A stretch of DNA of 64,000 bases. Source: Eukaryota sp. GEM-RC1 (lineage: Eukaryota). Position 1 is the first letter of the stretch. Each line of letters opens with the position of its first letter. The notes below the pieces were generated by a model. That model did no database searches and had not been told where the DNA came from. It saw only the letters and a program-made list of their open reading frames with translations. Positions 11,683-21,925 of the stretch are shown in pieces. The translations under genes were made by a program, and so were the position numbers. The stretch lies in NCBI GenBank assembly GCA_040285855.1, contig JAUFOQ010000002.1:744001-808000 (forward strand), written 5' to 3'.

Positions 11683-14418
11683 ACCGCCCTCCGATTAAAG
11701 TCGTAAAAAAAGGATTGGATAAGGTTTTCAGAGATTATGAAAACATTCAATTAATTAAAATATGTTCTAAACGAAATCAAAAAGCAACTGTGAGGGGGAA
11801 CCACCTTCTTGAAGCATTTGCTTCTACGTGAATTTGAAGATTTTGGAAGAATCGAAGCTGAATCAATAGTCCAAGAAGGAGAATTGATGTTACTGCACGA
11901 TGACCCTTCGTTGTCCATGATTGGAAATGATTCTGAGTCTTCTGACAATTGTAATATCTGCTATAATTACAAAGACTTTTCGGTTCGCTTACCAGATTTG
12001 AGTCCTTTTTGGCTCTTGGATCAATAAGGCACGTTCTCCGACGAATGTATGTGGAGAAAAAAAAGGCTTGCGGTATTTCCAACTTGAAAATGTCAAAAAT
12101 AGAAGCAGAAGCAGTTTTACAAAATGAAAAATTTGATCATTCTTTGAAACAAAAAATCGCATTACACTACTGTAATAATTTTTATCCAATACTTGACTCT
12201 CTGTCTCATGAAATTGGAAGTAACAACATTTCTTTTCCTAATTTGGAGTTTATGTCAGGCATTTATCATTATACGGCTAAACAAATTGAAACCAATTATG
12301 CTAACAATTTGGCGAAATATTTCCACAACTATGTCTTTCGCTACTTTAACATTGTTACGTTGAAGAACTATCGTCTTAAACAAATTAAAGAGCAACACTT
12401 AAAGAAGGAATTGAAATCAAAATTAAATTCCATCAGAGAACTGATTATTGATGGAAACTTTGAAGACATTCCAATTGATGATCATATCATTTTCCCCTTC
12501 CCGCAATCAGAATTGACTTTAATCTTTTTGCATATTTGAAATTCTGTTTGTTCCCTACCATTGCCAAAGGCAAGAATCTTTACTACGCTCAGAAAGTCAA
12601 GCCACTACAATTTCTTTCTCATGCTGTTTATATCAACAGAATCATTCAGTCTTTTTGCTCAATTGATGGAAAACCCTTAAAGGTTAATAATCCGTTCCCA
12701 ATGACCAAGACGTTGGTCCCACAGCATATTAGATTAGATACTGCTTGGATAAACCAAAGAGTTTTAAATTTGAAAGGTTCCGCTAACGTTATTCGAAAGG
12801 AAGTATTTGACTCTGTACTTACCGAAACAGCTATTACATCATCACGATCATTTGGTCTGAAGTATTCTTCGATTGTAACAGATGGCATTTCCTGTTCCTT
12901 GGTTATGATTCGAAAAGATTTGCTGGATGAAAACGGTAACACCTTTGAAGATTTTACCGCAAAACCACTAATATCTTCGGAAAGATATATTGACTCTTTA
13001 ACGTCGGAAGACATTGAAAAAATGAACCTGACAGAAAAGAGAATAATTGGCATTGACCCGAATGAATATGACTTGATGTTTTGCGTATCTCCAAAAACAA
13101 ATGAAGAGATATTATTTGAAGAATTTTCTTGTTCGGACAACAATCCCACGAAAAAACGGCTACCTTCAGAAATGAGACTGAAACAAAAAGGTGGTATTAA
13201 AAAAAGAAAAAAACAATTGAACCAATGGAGACAAACCCCATCTCAACGAGTACGGCTGAAACCAAACCACTTTTTGACCAGCTTCAGGTACAGTACTGGG
13301 GAGAGATCATATGACCGAAAAAGCAAGAAAAATCGGTTAACTGAAAGAAGAAAACTAAAAACTTCCTTCTTTGAAATTACGAAAACAGAAACTGAAAGAT
13401 CGCTCCAAGATTATACAGTCGAAAATTCTAATGGTAGAACTGTTTCTGGTCAAGAAATCCTCGACGAATTTGCTCTTGCCGTCTCTAGAGGACAACAAAG
13501 GTCCTGTTTCAGTGATGAGTTCGAGACTTACATCAAAGAAGCTGAACGGAGTTGTGTATACCTGAGTGATTTCTATGAAGACGATTGGTTTACGAAAAGG
13601 AAGTTGCAAATTTATTCCAACAATCAACAGAGTGAAAAGAATATGTTGGAAAGGTTTAAATTAACCTATGGATCTCCAGAAGACCTTGTCCTTGGTTACG
13701 GGGACTGGAGCTCTAAGGGAAACACAAGAAAAGGTAAAACTCCAGCTATTAGAGGAGCAGAAATCCGAAGAATGTTAAGAAAATTCGGGTATAAGGTATT
13801 TCTAGTTGACGAATACCGTACCAGCAAGTCCTGTTCAAAGTGTGCTGCTCAAGGACTATTTGGATTATGTACAAATGATCCATCTATCAAAGTTTTAGGC
13901 CCAAGAGGACTGCGTCAAATAAGACGGAAGAAGAAGAAACTCAAGGAAAAAGTACTGGTCTACAACCGTAAGGATCCACCGATAAAGAGAAGCTTTGAAG
14001 ACGAGTGGGAGAAGATACAGAAGTCCGTAGAAGTAAAAGCAAAGTCAACTCCATGGGGGCTGGTGAAATGCAAAGGTGCAAGACTTATTGGAATAGAGAT
14101 CTCAATTCTTCGATCAATATCTATTCCATTATCGAAGCCGCCATCAAAGGTCAAGCTAGACCATCTATTCTCGAGAGATCAAAAACTTTAACAACTGATT
14201 TCGAGAGTGGTAATGTTACTTTGAAGAGAGATCGAAAAAAGACTGAAACGAAAAAGACTCGTAAAGAAAGAGAGTGTGGAGAATGTGGACAAACAGGTCA
14301 CGACATACGAACATGTCCGCAGCTAGGTGAGTCAAACCAGAGTTCACCTAAAACTGGATCGAGAAAAGAAAAGGAGGAACCCCAACGAAGGCAGTCAAAA
14401 GAAGAAGATCTCCCTTGA
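11628..14418 (+). CDS. Fanzor1-type RNA-guided RuvC endonuclease (eukaryotic TnpB derivative), frameshifted in this sequence
   Basis: Fanzor1-like blocks IKVVKKGL, TFLKHLLL, YTAKQIETNYANNLAKYF, LYYAQKVKPLQFL, FPMTKTLVPQHIRLDT and IVTDGISCS. RuvC-I IGIDPN (D 13055), GYGDWS, VDEYRTSKSCSKC (E 13811), CKxCKTYWNRDLNSSINI (D 14098). C-terminal CCHC knuckle at 14275-14316. Confidence 0.9.
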
Positions 14419-14444
14419 AGAAATCAGTCCACCATAAACGGTCG

Positions 14445-14572
14445 GGCAGCGCTATGTGTATGAAGCTATCTCAGTCTCACCGTATCATCTCATAGCATAG
14501 CGTGTCTGTGATGCCTAAATGGATATGACCAAAGTGGGAGCAGGATGTACTTTGGGAGGATTATCCATTTGG
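14445..14572 (+). ncRNA. Candidate Fanzor omegaRNA scaffold (two stem-loops)
   Basis: Starts ~26 nt after the Fanzor stop. Hairpin 1: CGCTATG(14450-56)/CATAGCG(14496-502) with inner TATGA/TCATA and outer GGCA/TGCC. Hairpin 2: AAATGGATA(14517-25)/TATCCATTT(14562-70) with inner CCAAAGT/ACTTTGG. Confidence 0.55.
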
Positions 14573-14629
14573 AGTGAAATTCACAGAGGTAAAAAATTAC
14601 TTCCTAACTTCCTCAAGTCCAACCTTCAA

Positions 14630-17600
14630 ATGACTGATGACACTTCCTTTGATACTGCCAATGCCATTTCCGTGATGGAGTTCCGTCAAAACAGGAAACT
14701 AGCCAACTTCTTCTCTTCAGACAGTGCCATAAAACGTCTCAAAAGTCTGCTGCAGTATCTTGATGTATCTCATGAATTTGAACAACGTGCACTCTACTCT
14801 ACTCAGTATTCTCAAATCTACTCTTGCTTTTTAGATGCCATCAAAGCCTATGATTCCAAAAGTATGCAAAATCCATCTCCTTATCCCAGACAAATCTCTT
14901 TCTGCTTCTGACCTCGTAGCAACATGTTCCATAGTCAAGAAACTCATTACTTTTCTCTCCAACATCATTAAAACTAAATGGCAGTACAAATCTCTTGCTT
15001 ACCTCGTCCGCTGCCTCCTTTCACACACCAACAAACACACGGTCAGAATGCTTGGTGTTGAACTCCTCCTCCAACTTATAGATGCTCTCGGCTCTTCCGC
15101 AGACGATCTCCTCCTTGATCTTCTCCCTGGTACTATTGTCTGGACCCCCTTTCTTTCCCCCTGAGGAGAACCTTTCTCTACCTATCATCACTGTTCCAGA
15201 CTATTCAGGGGTGCTGGTAAGTGCAAAGACATCAGCAGCTAAGGTAAGTGATGGTGTTGAAGTGTTGCATTTTATATTATCTTTTATTGATTTTAAAGAT
15301 ATTCGGCGGTTTGTTTTTTATTATGATTTATTGAAAGTTCACATGTTTCCTTACCTTTTCCCAAAGCAAGTAAGGTTTTAGAGCTGAGCCCTAATCTCGA
15401 CCATGATGGGTTTATAACTGGCTGTCCACGTGAACTCCTTCCCGTTCTAGTTGATCGACTAATCGTCTGGCTACAAAAGAGCTATCACCGAGTCGTCATG
15501 TCACGTGATGAGGGTCACTTAGACCTTCTTTTCGACATCCTTGGTCAAGGTATCATCCTCCCAGAAACCATTCCAAACCTCCTCCCAGTCTACAATGATT
15601 GGATCATCAGGGGAAGCTCTCTTCCCAAGTGTTACTTGAATGGAGAGGAGAAGTATGACGCGATTGTGTTGGATCAGTTGTCGTGTATATTTGGGATTGA
15701 AACTGCGACTGACGTTGATTCTGCTATTCTCTCTGTTATATCTCTCTTCAAAGATCTGCCGGTTAACAGACCTCTGTCTGGGAGTATGTGGAAACATTTA
15801 CTTCAATCTATTCTTAAATCAAGTGAGAAAATGGGAGGGGCAAGAGTTCACTCACGACGTCTGTATGATGTGATGATGACGTTGTTCTCTGGAAGTCTTG
15901 TGAAAGACGTTGACTTATGGACTGAGTTTGTCTCTCATTGTCGAGGATTGGTAATCAGTAGAGATGGGAAGGTGTTTGTTGAGAGGTGGGAGAAGTTTTG
16001 GTTAAATGTTTCAAATGTTTTAATTTTGATTGATGTTCAACGAATTAAGAATGTTGATTACGACTCAGCATCATCCGACGTTGACGAGACATCAGTCCCA
16101 GCCACCACTGACACGCCACCATCTGACACGTGGCACTTCACTCCCCCTTGAAGACCTATCAGAAGAAGACCTTATCTTTGCTTGGTATAACACCCTCAAA
16201 TCACTACCATTTTGTCAAGACGAAGAAGGGAAGGAGTTCTATGATGTTGTCAATCAAAACGTTTCCCCTTATTGTCGGGGGTTAGAAGTTATTTGCCAAA
16301 TTTTTGATTCCTTCTCTCTAATCAAGAAACCGACTGTTGCCCAATCAGAATCATTTCTGACTGTGTTCTCTTCTCGCTCTGACGTTCTTAGGATCTTCGG
16401 TCCTTGGCTTTTCTCTGCCCTGGGGATCTCCTCCAAGTATCTCGCTTCTCCCTTTGACGAATCTGGACTTAGTTGTCTTGATGACGTGGATGATCACGTG
16501 GTTGCAGTCGGGGTTAAGTTGTTGTCGAGAGTTTGCTTTAAAACAGATGATTCTCGAGATTTGAGGGGTAATGAGGGGTTTTTGTATATGTTTTTGGGGT
16601 ATTGTGAAGCACTTCTACATCGAAATTGTTTTTCTCCACCGGCTTTGTCAGTTCTGGTTAATTTATTCCCATTGTATAATGGAATTCTTGGAGATTTAGA
16701 CTCTGAGTCGAATATTTCACAAAATTTAATATTGTCCATGATACCAGCAATCATTTTCGCTTCCTCTTCTCTTCTTTCTAATGTTGTTCGCCTCCAAACC
16801 ATTGTTGAATCTGGACAGTCCGTCAATCGCTCGTTTCCTTCAATGACTGAAGTTGTTGGTTCTTTATTACGTCAAATAGAACTTTCTTTTGATCTTTTAT
16901 TATCAATTGACCTGCAAAGTAGTTCGACTTCTGAGCCTTCGTCACCTAATTTAGATATTTGTGGAACATTTAGACGTGTTATCACGACTCTCTATGATTT
17001 CTCTAAAGATTCAAATAACTCCAAATTTTGGAATAGTTCAACAAGAACAATCATGTCGGTTTTCTTCACCACTCTAAGTAAATTCAGTTCTTTTATTCCT
17101 TCTAGTCAAGAACTATTTAGTAAAGCTCTGATTGAATTATCCGATTTAATTTGTGATTTACTAACAAACTCAAATGAGAATCTAATTACGACAGCTTCAT
17201 CAGTTTTTGAACTTTGTTGTCCCTCTATTTCAACTTCTCCTTGCCCAACAGTCTCACGAATTCTGTCTAGTGTGTTTTCAGCATTTAATGATTGTATTAC
17301 AATTATGATTATTAAATTAAACGAAAAGCAGTTTATTGGAGAACTTATTTATACTGTATTTTCCTCTTTAATTGCTCTCTCTTTGAAATTCCCGTTTCTT
17401 TTGTTGTCTAACAGAGCTAATCTTGATCATTTATTGGGCAACGTGCAGTTATTGGCGTCTGGTGAGACTGCTCTAATTAAATTGTCGAAATTTTCCAAAA
17501 TTTCAAATTCTCCCAAATCAGTTGCCCTAAAAGTTCCAGAAGATTTTCCCAGTGCCATCTTCATTTCTTCTCTACAACTTTTGTTAGCTACCTTACGTTG

Positions 17601-18948
17601 TTGGCCAATGTTTCCTGGTCAAACTTTCTTAGGTACCAATGTTGAAGATGTGCTTCCTAATTCCTGTGTAAGACATGTAAGTTTATCAGGTAGCTCGGTC
17701 GTGACGTTTTCTGAAACGTCATCACGATCACGTGTGACAGTCAGAAACTGTGTTGGAAAGTTCTCCTTCGAGGTTTCGTCAGTGAATGACGTTACTGCTT
17801 TGCCCTCGATTCAATCAGAATTCTTAGATGTACCCTGTGCAGCTTCGTCATCCTCAGCAACGAACGTCATTGATTTTGAGCCTATTGCCTCTCAAGTTCA
17901 ATTTGATGATGATTTAGCTTCCTTTATGGATGATATTCCTTCAGAGTTACCCCAACTATCATCTTTAGTAAATACTTCAATTCCAGACATATCTAATGTT
18001 AAATCTCAAGGAGAACGTGTGATTAGATCTGTATTGGCAACTCGAAAGAGTGATGATTCGCAATCAAATATTGATTGGGATGTTGAGTTTGAGTCGTGGA
18101 AGGCACTCTTGCCTAATATGAACGATTCTGATTCTGAAGAACCTCGACTTCAAAACTCTCGTTTGTTGCTTGTTTCTCTGGGACTTTTGCATCCCATTGC
18201 TGCGTCATCATCACGTGTTCAATCAATAGAAGGCAACTCCAAATTCGTGAGTGAACTGTCGACGTTAGACTCAATTTCCGCTCGGTCAAAAATCGACGTG
18301 ACTGTTTCCTTTGGGGTCAAAAGTCAACGATCTTTAGATGCCTTTATTGGCAATACTGATGTTTCTAAGTCTTTTGTAGACTTTGTCCACTCATTAGGTT
18401 GGGTTATTGATTTGGAGAATCACGTGGGATACACTGGAAGTCTATTGGACTCATCACCAGCAGAATCTGTCTACTTTGCTAATGAAACTCTAGAAATCTT
18501 CTATTACGTGTTACCACAACTTCAACTAACTCCACCAGAAAAGTTGACTGTGTCTCGTATGGCTCCAATTCAGATCTTGTACGCTGATTGCTCGTCAATT
18601 ATTCCATATACTTTTGAGTCTTTTTCGCCACCAGTTTTGTCCCCTGTTACTAAGCTGGTTTTAGTTGTTAGTCCAACTTGTTATTTAAACAGAATTCGAG
18701 TTGGATGTGTTTTTGGAAATAATGTTGATTATTTAAAAGATGTTTTAGCTCCGGTTTATTTGATTGAATCTACTGATTTGGGGTTGTTTTTACGTCAGCT
18801 GATTTCAATAGCTACTAGATGTATCTCGAAATCGTTTACAAGTTCAGGATTGTTGTCCAGAAGTATTAAAATTTCTGAAATTTCGTCGAAGTTTGCCAAG
18901 CCAGTCGACTCGGTTGAAGTTCTTTGTAATTTTTTATCCACTAGTTAA
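14630..18948 (+). CDS. RALGAPA: Ral GTPase-activating protein alpha-subunit-like (Rap/Ran-GAP domain), four frameshifts
   Basis: N-terminal KRLKSLL...YSQIYSCF...KWQYKSL...HTNKHTVRMLGVELLL matches the RalGAP-alpha pattern. C-terminal GAP-like VTVRNCVGKFS and FVDFVHSLGWVIDLENHVGYTGSL. Pieces are 14630-14911, 14835-15164, 15082-15381, ~15370-16151 and 16030-18948. Confidence 0.8.
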
Positions 18949-19117
18949 TTTATGTATCATACTGCTGTAAATGTTTTAAAACTAAAAAATTAAATTATTT
19001 GTAGAATAATAGATAAAACAGTTTATCAAAAATCGTCCACTAATTTTCGAAAAATACTAATCACAATTAAAATATTCAAATTGAAACAATACAATACAGA
19101 AATATACAACTATTGAT

Positions 19118-21003
19118 TTACTCGGCATATTGAACACTGAACCATGGATGCTGCAGGGCTTCAAGTGCAGAAGGTCGTTTTAAAGGATCAACTTCAAACA
19201 AAAACTCCAAAAATTCTACAAAATATGGGTCTGCACAGCGAAGTCTCTTAGCTAAGGAAGTTGGCTTTGGTAGGAGACATTCAGTATAAACATTACCAGT
19301 ACGTTCAGATTTCCTCTTTTCATAAAGCCAAAACTCACCAGTAAAGTACCTATTGGCATACTTGGAGGAAAGAATCATGTGATGAGGGACAGGGCCGATA
19401 ATAGAGATCACTCTGGCCAATAGAGTTTGAATTGTGTCGTTTAAAAACAACACCTCCCCCTGTCCATAATTCTGCTAATACACACGCTGCACTCCAAATA
19501 TCAATTTTACAATCATAGGGAAGACCCAACAAGACTTCGGGAGCTCTATACGATCGTGATTGAACATATGACGATAAATGATCGTGCGTAAAGCAGGAAC
19601 TTCCAAAGTCGACCAGTTTAATTAATCTTCTAGTATACGACCTAATTAGAATGTTCTCGGGCTTGATATCAGAGTGAATGATGTCCAAATCGTGACAGAA
19701 GGCCAAGGAGGTTAATAACTGTCTTGCGATTGATTGAATGACTGGCAGTGTGAAGTAGGGATCGTTTTCGTGTCGATGATTGTACTTAAATGCTTCATAC
19801 AGATTTTCCTTCAAAAGTTCAAAAACTAAAAACAAATGCTCGCGATGGTAAAAATAATTAAATAACCGCACAATATTAAAATTTTCCTCTTCATCAGTAT
19901 CATTCAAAAGCTTTAACAATTTAATCTCATCCAAAGATTGATCAAAATAATCTTTAGAATTTTTAATCATCTTCAAACAGACCTCCATATCATCTTCAAC
20001 ATCATATGCATGAATAGCAAAAGAAAAGGCCGCAGATCCCAACAACTCTCTCACTACATATCTTCCCGCAACCTTTTCTCCTTGTACAAACGTCAACTCA
20101 CGTTCACTTTCGAATCCAGTCCGATTGCGTTCAAAAATTACTGGTAAATAGAAGGACTCGTAAGATTTTTCACACTCAAAAGACCTTCCTAAAGATATTT
20201 GACTTATTGAGTTGTCACTGATTGAGTTGTAGTCGTCGTGGTCATGAGTGTCGTCATTTTCGTCTTGAACCTGATCATCTTGAGATTCTACACCCGCATG
20301 GTCTTCTTCCTTATCTTCATCCTCCTCTACTTCTGCACCAGACTCCTCTTCAACAGACTCCTCTTCAGCGGAATCAGATGAGTCTTTTTCGGAATTGTCA
20401 TCAGATTCGTCATCTGACACGTCATCAGAGTCAGAAGAGCCTATGGAGACCTTAAAAGCAGTATCAATAACGGAAGGGAGAACGGGGGACAGGGGAGAGA
20501 ACCATACCCTTGTAGATGCTGATGACGTCGACCGGAAGTTTAAAGATGTCAGAATCAAAGATATAGAATTCCTTACCGTCAGATGTGTGATGAATGGTGT
20601 GAGAGGTGGAGAGAGGAAGTACATGACGATCATATCCCAAGTCATCACTCTCCCAGCCATCATCTGGAATGTCAGAGAAGGGACGACAAGGAGAAGACTC
20701 ATTGGCGAGAGTTCTGCGTTTGAGTTCAAACCAAGGGGGTAGTGGGGCTTCAACAGTAAGGTCTTGGGGTTCCTTTGGGGAATTGAGAACTTCTTCTTGT
20801 TGTGATAAAGGAGAGGAGAGGTCTTCAGACTCAACAAGAGGCTCTTCTATGATGGGATCCTGGATGAGGTCATCATCATCATCTTCAAGAAGGTCAAGTG
20901 GCGAATCAACGAGATACGTATCGGCCTCAAGTGTGAAGTCGTTGAGACTATGAGAAAGATCACTAGGAGATGGTGGGCTGTTGTCTGAGGGGAGGTTGTC
21001 CAT
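19118..21003 (-). CDS. DYRK-family (DYRKP-like) protein kinase, two frameshifts
   Basis: LGSAAFS, VCLKMIKNSKDYFDQSLDEIKLL, HSDIKPEN, DFGSSC and SYVQSRSYRAPE, with the upstream motif ERNRTGFESE and an acidic N-terminus from ATG 21003. Confidence 0.85.
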
Positions 21004-21186
21004 GACTACTGAATTTGGCAAATTCCGAATCTGAACACCATGTGAGTACAATTTCGCTTGGCCCCGTATAGCCCCCCTCAAGGTGAGAAATTGTAGAGGT
21101 GCGACTGGACACGTATATGCTGATTGCTGTTTTATGACAAAATAATTATTTGACTTACATGTTGATGTCAAATAATTTGAACAAGT

Positions 21187-21754
21187 ACTGGTTTGTATAA
21201 TTAGTCTCATCAGCAATTTTGTCTCCTTTGAATTTTGTCTGTGAGACTATAATCCAAATAAGGTATGTATATATTTCTATTTCTGTAATTTCTTTGTTTT
21301 TCATGTGCCCTAGCTTTGAGGATTACTCACATGTCACTTCATGACCGATCGTTGCAGCATTTGGTTTCGTTTAAGTACGTATCACTCGACTTCAGGACCA
21401 TGCTGTTATTATCTCCGACGAAGATAATTTGGATTCTGATGGTATTACGGACTAGATAAGCTACTAGTATAGTTAGACGTGGACTCGTTTTAAGCAAATA
21501 AACATCACTCAAATGTGCAAAATGTTTGAAGAACATAATGGAAAATGGTCTGAGTGTTTTAATGGGACTAATATTATCAATGATCATTAGTTTTTCGCAA
21601 TGAATAGTATTAAGCAATGGTAAAGAAGTCTTCAAATTGGTATCACCAATTGAATTAGCCTCCTCAATAAATTGTCTGTGAGACTAATTCTAAAATTGAT
21701 GATGAAAACTTCCTTACAAATTAGTCTGAGTGAGACTAATAAGACAAACCAGTG
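21187..21754. mobile_element. MITE of the CACTG/TTAGTCTCA family
   Basis: TIR ACTGGTTTGTATAATTAGTCTCA vs TGAGACTAATAAGACAAACCAGTG (21/23 match). TA follows the right end; the left end is slightly eroded. Internal GAGACTA motifs. Confidence 0.75.
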
Positions 21755-21925
21755 TAGTTAGGGGGTTGCATAAAATGCTCATGACCAATTCTGGTGATTA
21801 AGGCAACTGACGGTCAGTAATCAACCAAACCAAACAAAATGGAAGAATTTATACACACAAAAATCATTTTAAAAATGTAACTAAAATGGAAATTTACAAA
21901 AATAAACAATTACAGTGCAAAAATA

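Noticed and set aside
11791..11793. In-frame TGA in the Fanzor N-terminus as stop readthrough or a reassigned codon
   Set aside because: Compensating indels in the adjacent A5 and G5 runs give EIKKATVRGTTFLK with no stop, and TGA terminates conserved genes such as V-ATPase a and STRIP.
14519..14629. ORF-track N-terminal extension of RalGAP (MDMTKVGAG...)
   Set aside because: It runs through the hairpin region and lies before the RalGAP-like sequence; ATG 14630 after a pyrimidine-rich leader is the more plausible start.
15370..15381. 12-nt GTAAGG...TAG micro-intron
   Set aside because: Its length is a multiple of 3, so it cannot fix the frame, and a TGA follows immediately.
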